Positions 47,715 to 57,123 of a DNA stretch of 64,000 bases are shown here, piece by piece. The DNA lies in contig JBKJQN010000061.1 in assembly GCA_046593925.1 (NCBI GenBank), forward strand, positions 2,410 to 66,409. Direction: 5' to 3'. The DNA is from Mycobacteriales bacterium. GTDB lineage: Bacteria; Actinomycetota; Actinomycetes; Mycobacteriales; SCTD01. A program made the translations under genes and the position numbers. The notes under the pieces were generated by a model, which was not told the origin of the DNA, ran no database searches, and saw only the letters and a program-made list of their open reading frames with translations. The number at the start of each line of letters is the position of its first letter. Within the stretch, counting starts at the first letter, position 1.

Positions 47715-48560
47715 TCAACGGATGCCGAGCCCGCCACCATCGACGACAGCAGCGGTCAGTGGTCGGACCAGCCGACGCAGCCGCCTCGCGCCGTCCTCGC
47801 CGAGCGCCTCCCAGGCGGGCAGGGCGAGCCGGTCGGTGGCGTCCTCGACCCGCTGGCGGTGCGCTTGGCCCGCGTCGGTGAACCGGGCGTCCGGGGTCAG
47901 CCAGCCCCGAGCCACCAGAGCGGCGACCGCACCGTCCCACTCCTCGTCGGAGTAGGCCCGGGTGGCCTGCAGGCCCTTGCGCGTCCAACTGTCGCCGAGC
48001 GCGACGTGCAGGACCGCCGCCTCCAGCCCGGTGATGCCCTCACCCACCAGCGCGGCCACGTGTCCGTCGCCGCGGAACTCGCGCAGCAGGGTGACCGCGT
48101 GCCACAGCGCGAGGTGCGGTGGGTCCGGCCAGGGCAGGTCGGCGTGGGCGGCGTACAGCGGGCGGCCGTACGGCGTGCAGCCGGTCGTCGCGGTCCGGGC
48201 CAGTGCGGCGGCCTCCGCGACCGACGGGTCGTTGAGCAGGTCGCCGCACAACCGCCGCAGCGCCCTGTCGGCGCCGCGCAGGCGCGCAGCGAGCAGCTGC
48301 TCGGGCCCGGCCACGTCCCAGGCACCGGCGAGGCCGAAATCGACGGCGAGCCGGGAGAAGTTGAAGAAGGTGGCCTGTACGACGCCCGGGCCGACTCGGC
48401 CCATCGCGGCGGCCCGCGCCGGGAAGTAGCCGACGGCCCGGTTGGCCGCCACGTCGAAGCCGAGTGCGGTGTACTCCTCCTGCGGCTCCCGCGCGAAGTA
48501 GATCATCGCGTGGTAGGGCTCCATGGCTCGCCAGCTCCGACGTGCGATGTCGGGCTCCAC
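47715..48560 (-). CDS. Conserved actinobacterial hypothetical protein (resembles what I recall as the SCO6745 family)
   Basis: 281 aa: MEPYHAMIYFAREPQEEYTALG...YFPARAAAMG...LREFRGDGHVAAL. Family name from memory only. Confidence 0.6.
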   Translation of the reverse strand: MEPDIARRSWRAMEPYHAMIYFAREPQEEYTALGFDVAANRAVGYFPARAAAMGRVGPGVVQATFFNFSRLAVDFGLAGAWDVAGPEQLLAARLRGADRALRRLCGDLLNDPSVAEAAALARTATTGCTPYGRPLYAAHADLPWPDPPHLALWHAVTLLREFRGDGHVAALVGEGITGLEAAVLHVALGDSWTRKGLQATRAYSDEEWDGAVAALVARGWLTPDARFTDAGQAHRQRVEDATDRLALPAWEALGEDGARRLRRLVRPLTAAVVDGGGLGIR

Positions 48561-48643
48561 GGTGCCTCCTGCGGTCGGCGAGCGTGCAGTGGACCACGCC
48601 GGGCAGCGGGCGTGGTGCGGCGTCGGCAGGGCAGGATCGGTTC

Positions 48644-49213
48644 GTGACCCAGCCTTCGCAGCAGCAGTCCGAGCCGGACGACCCGGCCACGCACCAGGTC
48701 GTCGTCATCGGCCCCGACGGGCAGCCGATCGTCACCGCCGAGGTGCCGGCCGCCGACAGGACCGAGGAGAAGAATCCGGCCGAGATGGTGGAGCAGCCCG
48801 CGAAGGTCATGCGGATCGGGTCGATGGTCAAGCAGCTGCTGGAGGAGGTCCGCGCCGCGCCGCTCGACGACGCGGCGCGCGAGCGGCTGGCGGCCATCCA
48901 CACCACCTCGGTACGCGAGCTGTCGGAGGGTCTGGCTCCCGAGCTCCGCGAGGGGCTCGGCCGGCTGACCCTGCCGTTCGGCGACAACGCACCCTCCGAC
49001 GCCGAGCTGCGGGTAGCGCAGGCCCAGCTGGTCGGCTGGCTCGAGGGGTTGTTCCACGGCATCCAGACCGCGCTGTTCGCCCAGCAGATGGCGGCGAAGA
49101 TGCAGCTCGAGCAGGCGCAGGGACGCGGCCGACCGGCCATCGAGGGGCCGCCGATGGGCCCCGGTGGCCAGTCGGCGCTCGGCCCGACCAGCGGGACCGG
49201 GCAATACCTCTAG
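48644..49213 (+). CDS. bpa: Bacterial proteasome activator (Bpa/PafE family)
   Basis: Part of ORF 48464..49213, GTG 48644. Helical core MRIGSMVKQLLEEVR...QLVGWLEGLFHGIQTALFAQQM, disordered tail ending in GQYL. Confidence 0.8.
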   Translation: MTQPSQQQSEPDDPATHQVVVIGPDGQPIVTAEVPAADRTEEKNPAEMVEQPAKVMRIGSMVKQLLEEVRAAPLDDAARERLAAIHTTSVRELSEGLAPELREGLGRLTLPFGDNAPSDAELRVAQAQLVGWLEGLFHGIQTALFAQQMAAKMQLEQAQGRGRPAIEGPPMGPGGQSALGPTSGTGQYL

Positions 49214-49255
49214 CAGCACCTGCAGCGGCTCCTCCAGGCTAGTTCGGGTAACTAC

Positions 49256-49271
49256 GGTCGGGGGCCCGACC
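49256..49271 (+). terminator. GC-rich hairpin GGTCGG-gggc-CCGACC downstream of bpa
   Basis: Read directly, 43 nt after the bpa stop, in a locally less GC-rich stretch. No clear U-tract. Confidence 0.3.
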
Positions 49272-49322
49272 GAGCGGGTCGGACTATCACTTCTGACCAA
49301 TCCGGCCAAGCGCGGTGGCCGG

Positions 49323-49550
49323 GTGGGGGTGGAAGCGGAAGGCTGGCTCGTGGCCAGCGGACAGCAGACGTCGGGGCGCCCGAGATGGCGAGTCCTCAGT
49401 CAGCACGAGGTGCGCAGGATCGTGCTGTGGTGCGGTGGCTGCGACGCCGAGCTGCCCCTGCCGACGGAGGACCCGGCCTTCGAGCATCGGCTGGCAGGGT
49501 TCTTCGAGGATCACGCGACGTGCCGGACGACGCTGACCATGCCGGCGTGA
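49323..49550 (+). CDS. Small hypothetical Cys-containing protein (possible zinc-ribbon-like)
   Basis: Tail of ORF 49164..49550, start at GTG 49323 or 49329. Motifs: LWCGGCDAELPLP...FEDHATC. Third codon positions are mostly G/C, consistent with real coding. Confidence 0.4.
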   Translation: MGVEAEGWLVASGQQTSGRPRWRVLSQHEVRRIVLWCGGCDAELPLPTEDPAFEHRLAGFFEDHATCRTTLTMPA

Positions 49551-49627
49551 GGGCCGGCCACCCGCCGTGGAGGTTAACCTTGCCCGGACGAACACGGGTG
49601 TCGGCCCGGTCGGATCGAGGAGGATCA

Positions 49628-51610
49628 GTGCGGCTGCGCCGGCAGCAGGGTGTCCGGCCCGTGGCGCTGCTCGCCGCGCCCGTCCTGGTGGCTGCGGTCG
49701 GCCTCGTCGTGGGGCTCGGGCCGTCGCCCACACCGGCGGCGGCGGGGGTCGTGCAGAGCACCCTGGTCTCGGACAAGCCGGCCGGCCTGACCCCGCAGGT
49801 GCTGGACGGCTCCGTGAATGCCATCGTGCAGGTCGGCAACCGGATCATGCTCGGCGGCACGTTCACCCAGGTGCAGGACAACGCCGCCGGGTCGCCCGTG
49901 CTCACCCGCCAGGGCCTGCTGGCTTTCGATGCCACCACCGGAGTCGTCGACCGGAACTTCGATCCGGCGCTCCCAGCCACCGCCATCACGTCGCTGGAGA
50001 CCGACGCGGGCCAGACGGCGCTGTGGGTCGGCGGACAGTTCAGCAGCGCGCCCCTGTCGCGGCTGCTGAAGCTGTCGCCAGCGACGGGAGCCCCCGTCGC
50101 GGGGTTCGACGCGCCGGTCGACCTGCTGGTGACCGACCTGGTGGTGCGCGGCCAGCGGCTGTACGTCGGTGGTCAGTTCACCAGCATCTCCGGGGCGAGC
50201 CGTGGCGGCCTGGCCGCTGTCGACAAGGACAGCGGGGCTGTCTCGGCCGACCTCGACCTGCCGATCAGCGGACGCAACCACGGCGGCCCGACCGGGATCA
50301 TCAAGTTCGACGTCACACCCGATGGGCGCACCCTCGTCGCCGTCGGCAACTTCACTGCCGTGGCCGGCCGCACCCGCGGGCAGATGGTCATGGTCGACCT
50401 GCCGGTCGCCGGCCCAGCTCGGGTAACGCCCTGGGCGACGCTCCGCCTCGGCGACGTGTGCAACGCCGAGTTCCCGACCTACCTGCGCAACCTCGACATC
50501 GCCCCCGACGGCTCATACGTGGTCGTGTCGACCACCGGCGGAGCGCACCCGGGCACCCTGTGCGATAGCACCTCGCGTTGGGAGATCGGTCCGGCCAACC
50601 CGGACGCGGAGCCCAGCTGGGTCGACTCGACGGGTGGGGACACCACGTATGGGGTATCGGTGACCGGCGCCGCGGTCTACCTCGGGGGCCATTTCCGGTG
50701 GGAGAACAACCCGGGTGGTGCCGACTTCCCGGGCCCCGGTGCGGTCGCCCGCGAAGCCATCGCGGCCCTTGACCCGGCGAACGGCCTGCCGCTCTCCTGG
50801 AACCCCTCACGCGACCAGCGAGGCGTCGGCGCGCAGGCGATGTATGCCACAAGTACGGGGCTATGGGTGGGCAGCGACACCGAGCTGATTGGGCAACCGC
50901 CGGAGCGGCACGCTCGGATCGCCTTCTTCCCTCTTGCGGGCGGTGAGGTGCTGCCGGACGTGCGGCCCGCGAGCTGGCCCGGCAACGCCTTCCAGTTCAG
51001 CCAGGGCACGTTGACCACGCGCCCGGTCGGCGCGTCAGGTGTCGCGACGGGGCCGGCAACGACCGTGCCGCAGTCGCCGGCTGTCGACTGGTCTGCCGAC
51101 GGTGGGCCGTTCGTCGTCACCAGGGGTGCCGGCAGCACGCTCTACTACGGGGGGGCTGACGGTGGCCTGTACGCCCGCACGTACGACCCCACCTCCGCCG
51201 CCGTAGGCCCCGAGCGGGCCGTCAACCCCTACGACCCCGCGGCTCGGCTGCTGCCCTTCGCCGCCGCCTCCCCATCCTCAGCCTCCCAGCTCGTCGGTGC
51301 CTTCTACGACCCGGCGGGCCATCGGCTGTACTACCTGCTGGTAGGCGATCCGGCGCTGCACTACCGATACTTCTCGCCCGAGAGCGAGGTCGTCAGCGCC
51401 CAGCAGATGACGGCCCCGAGCCCCGGCGTCGACTTGCGCGGCGCGACCGGGCTCGCCCTGGTCGGCAGCCGGGTGTACGTCACCGGCGCCGACGGCGCGC
51501 TCCGCTCGGTGCTGTTCGCACGCGGCGCCATCGCTGGCAGCGCGGTCGTCGTCGAACCGCCCGGCGCCTGGACCGGCCGCGGCCTGTTCGCCGCGCCGGC
51601 GCCGTCGTGA
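49628..51610 (+). CDS. Large secreted repeat (beta-propeller-like) protein, paralogue of 10348..12393
   Basis: Part of ORF 49385..51610. GTG 49628 follows GAGGAGGA. N-terminal signal/anchor LLAAPVLVAAVGLVVGLG. Collinear similarity to the first copy along the whole length. Confidence 0.75.
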   Translation: MRLRRQQGVRPVALLAAPVLVAAVGLVVGLGPSPTPAAAGVVQSTLVSDKPAGLTPQVLDGSVNAIVQVGNRIMLGGTFTQVQDNAAGSPVLTRQGLLAFDATTGVVDRNFDPALPATAITSLETDAGQTALWVGGQFSSAPLSRLLKLSPATGAPVAGFDAPVDLLVTDLVVRGQRLYVGGQFTSISGASRGGLAAVDKDSGAVSADLDLPISGRNHGGPTGIIKFDVTPDGRTLVAVGNFTAVAGRTRGQMVMVDLPVAGPARVTPWATLRLGDVCNAEFPTYLRNLDIAPDGSYVVVSTTGGAHPGTLCDSTSRWEIGPANPDAEPSWVDSTGGDTTYGVSVTGAAVYLGGHFRWENNPGGADFPGPGAVAREAIAALDPANGLPLSWNPSRDQRGVGAQAMYATSTGLWVGSDTELIGQPPERHARIAFFPLAGGEVLPDVRPASWPGNAFQFSQGTLTTRPVGASGVATGPATTVPQSPAVDWSADGGPFVVTRGAGSTLYYGGADGGLYARTYDPTSAAVGPERAVNPYDPAARLLPFAAASPSSASQLVGAFYDPAGHRLYYLLVGDPALHYRYFSPESEVVSAQQMTAPSPGVDLRGATGLALVGSRVYVTGADGALRSVLFARGAIAGSAVVVEPPGAWTGRGLFAAPAPS

Positions 51611-53154
51611 AGCTCCTGCGCCGGTTTGCCGCCGGCCTGGCGCTGGCCGTGCTCGCGACCACGGTGCTCGGACCGTCGGCGCCGGCCAAGGCCGCCACGC
51701 CGGTCTGGACAGTGACCTATCAGGGCACGCCGCCGGCCGCCGCCCAAGCCGCCGTGCAGCGGGCGGTTGACGCCTGGGCCGCGGTTTTCCCGTCGACCCG
51801 GCCGGTCAGCGTCCAGGTCACCTGGGGGGCGCTGCCGGTCGGCACGCTGGCGGTCGGCGCCCCCGCGGACGTCGTGGTGCACCGGCCCGATACGGGGGTG
51901 CTCTACCCCATCGCACTGGAGGAGGCCACTGCCGGCACCGACCTGAACGCCGGTGCCCCCGACGTCACCATCGCCCTCCAGGGTGACGACGCACTCTGGT
52001 CCTACACCACAACCCCCGACCCGACGCGCTACGACCTCGCGACGCTGACGATGCGAGCGCTGGGTACCGGGCTGGGGATCGGCAGCGGCACGGCAGTGCG
52101 GTCGGGCCTGGGCAGCTATGGCGCCGACGACAACGGCGACGGTGCGGGTGACGGCGGCTACCCACCGGTGTACGACGCCCTCGTCGCGGGCTCCGCTCCC
52201 CGACCCGCGGCGCTGCTCGACCAGCCGAACGGCTCGGCGGTGCTGGCGACGGCTCTGACGTCGGGCGCGCTGACCTGGACCGGGGCTCAGGCGACCGCAG
52301 TGACAGGCAGCGCCCCCGTGCTGGCGACCCCGGCGAACTGGACGGCCGGGGTGACCGGGTCTTACCTGGACGAGACGCGCTACCCCCGTGGGAGCGCCGA
52401 CGCCCTGATGACCCCCGTCATAGATCGGGGTGAGGTGGTGTCAGCGCCGGGTCCGGTCGCGACGGCGATGCTGCGAGACATGATCAACGACCCGGGAGCG
52501 GTCGGTGCGCCGGTACGGCACTACGTGAACGAGCTCTACCACTCCTTCCTGTACCGCGACGTCGACCCCACCGGGCTGCCCTACTGGACGGCGCAGCTCG
52601 TGACCGGACAACTGAACCGCCTGCAGGTCGCGGTCGCGCTGAGCCAGAGCCAGGAGTACCTCCAAGCCGTCGTCACCGTCCTGTACAACGACGTGCTCGG
52701 CCGCGCCCCCGACGCCGCCGGCCTGCAGGGCTGGGTCTCCCTCATCCAGGGCGGGCTGCCCATTGCGACGGTGGGAGCGAGCTTCTACGCGTCCGATGAG
52801 AATTATGCGCGCACAGGAGGCACGGCGGGAGCACCCGGGCCCTGGGTCGAGGGGCTCTACCGCGCCCTGCTCGGCCGGGCGTCGGACCCGGCCGGCAAGG
52901 CGTACTGGTCGGGGCAGGCCAAGACGCAGGGCCGGCTGTTCGTCACGACCCAGTTCTACGCCAGCAACGAGACGCTGGCCCGGCGCGTCAGCATGCTGTA
53001 CCTGGCGCTGCTCGACCGCGACGTCGACCCGGTCGGGCTGGCGTACTGGCCCGCTGTCGTACGCGACCAGGGGGACCTCGCGCTGGCGGCGGTGCTCGCT
53101 ACCTCCGACGAGTATTACCAGCGTGCGCTGAGCTATCCGCTGCCCTCCCCCTGA
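51607..53154 (+). CDS. Secreted protein: N-terminal metzincin-like domain with degenerate active-site motif plus four C-terminal DUF4214 repeats
   Basis: The GTG overlaps the upstream stop (GTGA). Signal peptide ...GPSAPAKA. DUF4214 units: LYHSFLYRDVDPTGLPYW, LYNDVLGRAPDAAGLQGW, LYRALLGRASDPAGKAYW, LYLALLDRDVDPVGLAYW. Confidence 0.75.
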   Translation: MKLLRRFAAGLALAVLATTVLGPSAPAKAATPVWTVTYQGTPPAAAQAAVQRAVDAWAAVFPSTRPVSVQVTWGALPVGTLAVGAPADVVVHRPDTGVLYPIALEEATAGTDLNAGAPDVTIALQGDDALWSYTTTPDPTRYDLATLTMRALGTGLGIGSGTAVRSGLGSYGADDNGDGAGDGGYPPVYDALVAGSAPRPAALLDQPNGSAVLATALTSGALTWTGAQATAVTGSAPVLATPANWTAGVTGSYLDETRYPRGSADALMTPVIDRGEVVSAPGPVATAMLRDMINDPGAVGAPVRHYVNELYHSFLYRDVDPTGLPYWTAQLVTGQLNRLQVAVALSQSQEYLQAVVTVLYNDVLGRAPDAAGLQGWVSLIQGGLPIATVGASFYASDENYARTGGTAGAPGPWVEGLYRALLGRASDPAGKAYWSGQAKTQGRLFVTTQFYASNETLARRVSMLYLALLDRDVDPVGLAYWPAVVRDQGDLALAAVLATSDEYYQRALSYPLPSP

Positions 53155-53164
53155 CCAGGAGCCA

Positions 53165-53929
53165 TTGATGAGCGTGCTGGACCGGTTCTCGCTGGAGGGC
53201 AAAGTCGCGGTGGTGACGGGGGCGTCCTCCGGGCTCGGCGTCGCGTTCGCCCAGGCGCTGGCGGAGGCCGGTGCCGACCTCGCGCTCGGCGCGCGCCGCG
53301 CCGAACGGCTTGCTGACACCGCCGGCCTGGTACGCGCCGCCGGCCGGCGCAGCATCGAGGTCGCCACGGACGTGTCCAGCCAGCCTGACTGCCAGGCGCT
53401 CGTGGACGAGGCGATGGCGGCGTACGGCAAGGTCGATGTGCTGGTCAACAACGCCGGGATCGGCACTGCCGTACCCGCGACCCGGGAGACCGTCGAGCAG
53501 TTCGAGCAGGTCATCGACGTCAACCTGAACGGCTGCTACTGGATGGCGCAGGCCTGTGGCCGCGTGATGCAGCCGGGCAGCAGCATCATCAACATCAGCA
53601 GCGTCCTGGGCATCACCACGGCCGGGCTACCGCAGGCCGCGTACGCCGCGAGCAAGGCCGGCCTGATCGGGCTGACCCGCGACCTGGCCCAGCAGTGGGG
53701 TGCGCGCAAGGGCATCCGGGTCAATTCGCTGGCGCCGGGCTTCTTCGCCTCCGAGATGAGCGACCAGTACGCCCCCGGGTATCTGGACCAGATGATGACC
53801 AGGGTGCCGATGGGTCGAAAGGGCGATCCCGAGGAACTCGCTGCGGCGCTGGTTTTCCTGGCCAGTGCCGCCGGCGCGTACGTGACCGGACAGACCCTGG
53901 CGGTCGACGGCGGCCTGACGATCACCTGA
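53165..53929 (+). CDS. SDR-family oxidoreductase (FabG-like)
   Basis: VAVVTGASSGLG, NNAGIG, YAASKAGLIGLT. The start is TTG 53165 or ATG 53168. Confidence 0.88.
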   Translation: MMSVLDRFSLEGKVAVVTGASSGLGVAFAQALAEAGADLALGARRAERLADTAGLVRAAGRRSIEVATDVSSQPDCQALVDEAMAAYGKVDVLVNNAGIGTAVPATRETVEQFEQVIDVNLNGCYWMAQACGRVMQPGSSIINISSVLGITTAGLPQAAYAASKAGLIGLTRDLAQQWGARKGIRVNSLAPGFFASEMSDQYAPGYLDQMMTRVPMGRKGDPEELAAALVFLASAAGAYVTGQTLAVDGGLTIT

Positions 53930-53945
53930 CCGGCGGCTGCGATCG

Positions 53946-55577
53946 TCAGTGCACGAGCTGGTTGGGCCCGGTGCTCACGCCGGCGTCGCCGGCCTCGGCG
54001 GTGTAGTCGTCGGGATGTGTGGCGTCCGCTGGCTCAGCGACCCGGCCGCGCAGCAGCAGGGTCCCGACGAGGCAGACGGCGAGGTTGGCCAGGACGGCCA
54101 GCACCCCGGCGTACAGGGTGGTGGTGGTGTCCAGGCCGAGCTTCGACAGCGGGAACGCGGAGCCGCCGAAGTGCGCCTTGGTGACCGTCACGACACCGCC
54201 CGCGGCGAACGCCTTCTGCGGCACCTGGTACAGCGACCAGATCCCGACGGCCATGCCGACCGCCCAGCCGGCGATCAGGGCCCTGCTGTGCAGCCACCGG
54301 GTGTAGAGCGCGACCGCCACGGCAGGCAGGGTCTGCAGGATCAGGACGCCGCCGATGAGCTGCAGGTCGATGGAGAACTGCGGGTCCAGGGTCAGGATCG
54401 CGACCAGAGCGCCGACCTTCACGACCAGCGAGGCGAGCTTGCTGCTGCGGGCCTCCTGCTTCGGGGTGGCGTCGCGGTTGAGGTACTCCTTGTAGATGTT
54501 GCGGGTCCACAGGTTCGCGGCAGCGATCGACATGATCGCGGCCGGGACCAGGGCACCGATGCCGATCGCTGCGAACGCGACGCCGGCGAACCAGGCGGGG
54601 AACTGCTGGTCGAACAGCAGCGGGACGACGGTGTTGCCGTCGGGCTTGCCGTTGCTGCCGACCAGCGGCTTGACGCCCGACGCGATGGCCATGTATCCCA
54701 GCAGCGCGAGCAGCCCCAGGACGAAGGAGTACGCCGGTAGCGCCGCCATGTTCTTCTTGATCGTGTTCCGGCTCCTGGCGGCGAAGACGCCGGTGAGGCT
54801 GTGCGGGTAGAGGAACAGCGCCAGCGCCGAGCCGAGCGCAAGGGTGGCGTACTGCAGCTGCGCGGGGCCGCCGAGCACGATGCCGTCGCCCGGGTTGGGG
54901 CTGGCGGTGAACTTCTTGTCAGCGGCCGCGAAGATGTCACCGAAGCCGCCGAGCTTGATCGGTATGACGACGATGGCCACCAGGACGACGACGTAGATGA
55001 GCGCGTCCTTGACGAAGGCGATCAGGGCCGGTGCCCGCAGCCCGGAGTTGTAGGTGTAGGCCGCGAGGATGGTGAAGGCGACGATGATTGGCAGGTGGCC
55101 GGTGACGCCCATCGCCTTGAGCACGGCTTCGATGCCGACCAGCTGCAGCGCGATGTACGGCATCGTCGCGACGATGCCGGTCAGCGCGACCAGCAGCGCG
55201 AGGGTCGGCGAGCCGGAGCGGGCACGGACGAAGTCGGCGGGGGTGACGAAGCCGTGCCGGTGGCTCACCGACCACAGCCGGGCCAGCACGACGAACACGA
55301 TCGGGTAGACCACGATCGTGTACGGGACGGCAAAGAAGCCGACCGCGCCGGCGCCGAACACCAGTGCCGGCACCGCGACGAAGGTGTAGGCGGTGTAGAG
55401 GTCGCCGCCGATCAGGAACCAGGTGATCCAGCCCCCGAAGCTGCGGCCGCCGAGCCCCCACTCGTCCAGGCTGTCCAGGTGCTCGCCGCGCCGCCATCGG
55501 CTGGCGAAGAAGCCCAGCGCGCTCACCGCCAGGAAGAGCAGGGTGAAGACCGCCAGCTCAGTGCCCTTGATGGCCAC
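53946..55577 (-). CDS. Sodium:solute symporter family monocarboxylate permease (MctP/ActP-like)
   Basis: 543 aa, about 13 TM: GGRSFGGWITWFLIGGDLYTAYTFVAVP. Preceded by its usual small DUF3311 partner. Confidence 0.85.
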   Translation of the reverse strand: MAIKGTELAVFTLLFLAVSALGFFASRWRRGEHLDSLDEWGLGGRSFGGWITWFLIGGDLYTAYTFVAVPALVFGAGAVGFFAVPYTIVVYPIVFVVLARLWSVSHRHGFVTPADFVRARSGSPTLALLVALTGIVATMPYIALQLVGIEAVLKAMGVTGHLPIIVAFTILAAYTYNSGLRAPALIAFVKDALIYVVVLVAIVVIPIKLGGFGDIFAAADKKFTASPNPGDGIVLGGPAQLQYATLALGSALALFLYPHSLTGVFAARSRNTIKKNMAALPAYSFVLGLLALLGYMAIASGVKPLVGSNGKPDGNTVVPLLFDQQFPAWFAGVAFAAIGIGALVPAAIMSIAAANLWTRNIYKEYLNRDATPKQEARSSKLASLVVKVGALVAILTLDPQFSIDLQLIGGVLILQTLPAVAVALYTRWLHSRALIAGWAVGMAVGIWSLYQVPQKAFAAGGVVTVTKAHFGGSAFPLSKLGLDTTTTLYAGVLAVLANLAVCLVGTLLLRGRVAEPADATHPDDYTAEAGDAGVSTGPNQLVH

Positions 55578-55578
55578 G

Positions 55579-55815
55579 TCAGCCCCTCGTCCGGCGGTAG
55601 ACGACGTACGTGCAGGCGACCCCGATGCTGATCACGGCCAGCTGGTACCAGTAGAAGAACGGGATCCCGGCGAGCTCGGGGGTACGCCGGTTGTACAGCG
55701 GCGGGTAGAGCGTCACCAGCAGCGGGACGAGCAGCACCCAGTTCCAGGGACTGCGGTCGCTGCGCCGGACGCGGTCACGGGCCGGCTGCTCTCCGGTCGG
55801 GGTACGGGAGGACAC
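55579..55815 (-). CDS. DUF3311-like small membrane protein
   Basis: 78 aa, two TM: WNWVLLVPLLVTLYPPLYNR...IPFFYWYQL. Confidence 0.75.
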   Translation of the reverse strand: MSSRTPTGEQPARDRVRRSDRSPWNWVLLVPLLVTLYPPLYNRRTPELAGIPFFYWYQLAVISIGVACTYVVYRRTRG

Positions 55816-55821
55816 CGGCGG

Positions 55822-57123
55822 TTACCAGAGCTCGATCGAGCCCGTGAAGATCCGGGCGACGTCGTCCTCGGTGACCTCGCGGGGCGCGACGGCCAGGATG
55901 CGCTGCTGCTTCATGGTGCCCTCGACCAGGTCGTCGATGTCCCCCTTGCCGTACCCGATGCCGCCGATGCCGTTGGGGATGCCGATGTCTCGCATCAGCG
56001 CGAGCAGCGCCGAGGGCAGCTGCTCGGCCGGGTCGTCGGTGCGGGGGAGGTCCGGGGCCAGCAGCGACGCCGCGCGCAGGTGCCGTTGCGGCGACGCCTC
56101 GAAGGTGAAGCGGAAGGCCTCCGGCGCAGTGAGCGAGACCGACATCCCGTGCGGGACCATCGGCTCGGCGCCGGGGTAGCCGGCCGGGTGGTAGTCCTTG
56201 ACGCGGCCGGCGATCGGGTAGGCGTTGGCGTGCGGGATGTGTACGCCGGCGTTGCCGAAGCCCATCCCGGCAAAGGTTGCCGCCATGGCCATGTCCATCC
56301 GGGCGGCCTCGTCGTCGCCGTCACGCACGCTGTTGCGGAAGGAGGCGGCGAGCAGGGTCAGTGCCTTCTCTGACCACATGTCGGCGACCGGGTTGGAGCC
56401 GCAGTACGGGACCCGCTGCTCGGCGGTCTTCCTCGGAAACGCGGTGTACGGCTTGGCGGTGTAGCTCTCCAGCGCGTGGCACAGGATGTCCATGCCGGAG
56501 GCGGCGGTCACCATGGCCGGCTGGGTGCGGGTCAGCCGGGGGTCGACGACGGCCAGCGTCGGCCGCAGCCGGGCGTGGCTGATCCCGGTCTTGACCTTCA
56601 GCGCCAGCACGTCCATAACGCAGATGGTCGTGCTCTCCGAGCCGGTGCCGGTGGTGGTGGGTACCGCGACCAACGGCTTGAGCGGCAGGCTTGGCGCCCG
56701 ACCACCGCCTACCGGCTTGTTGATGTAGTCCATCAGCTCACCGGGGTTGGTGGTGAGCAGGTTGATGGCCTTGGCGGTGTCGATACAAGACCCGCCGCCG
56801 ACCGCCACGTAGGCGTCCCAGGGTCCGCTGGCCTTCGCGGCGTCGATGGCCTGCTGCAGGCTGACGTCGGTGGGCTCGACGTGGACGCCGTCCCAGACCT
56901 GCGCTTCGACGCCGTACGCCCGCATCGCGTCGGCGACCCGCTGCGGGGAGCCGGTCGCCGAGACACCCGCGTCGGTGACCACCAGCACCCGCTTGGCGCC
57001 CAGCGACGCGAGGTCGAAGCCGATCTCCTCGCTGGCGCCCGGCCCGAACTTCAGACTCGGTGAGCCGTAGGTGAAGACGGCATCGTGGGTGTAGTCGGCA
57101 TCGTGGATGAAGCCGGCGGTCAT
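55822..57123 (-). CDS. Iron-containing alcohol dehydrogenase (hydroxyacid-oxoacid transhydrogenase-like)
   Basis: 433 aa: VAVGGGSCIDTAKA, metal-site histidines in CHALESY and GVHIPHANAYP. Confidence 0.85.
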   Translation of the reverse strand: MTAGFIHDADYTHDAVFTYGSPSLKFGPGASEEIGFDLASLGAKRVLVVTDAGVSATGSPQRVADAMRAYGVEAQVWDGVHVEPTDVSLQQAIDAAKASGPWDAYVAVGGGSCIDTAKAINLLTTNPGELMDYINKPVGGGRAPSLPLKPLVAVPTTTGTGSESTTICVMDVLALKVKTGISHARLRPTLAVVDPRLTRTQPAMVTAASGMDILCHALESYTAKPYTAFPRKTAEQRVPYCGSNPVADMWSEKALTLLAASFRNSVRDGDDEAARMDMAMAATFAGMGFGNAGVHIPHANAYPIAGRVKDYHPAGYPGAEPMVPHGMSVSLTAPEAFRFTFEASPQRHLRAASLLAPDLPRTDDPAEQLPSALLALMRDIGIPNGIGGIGYGKGDIDDLVEGTMKQQRILAVAPREVTEDDVARIFTGSIELW

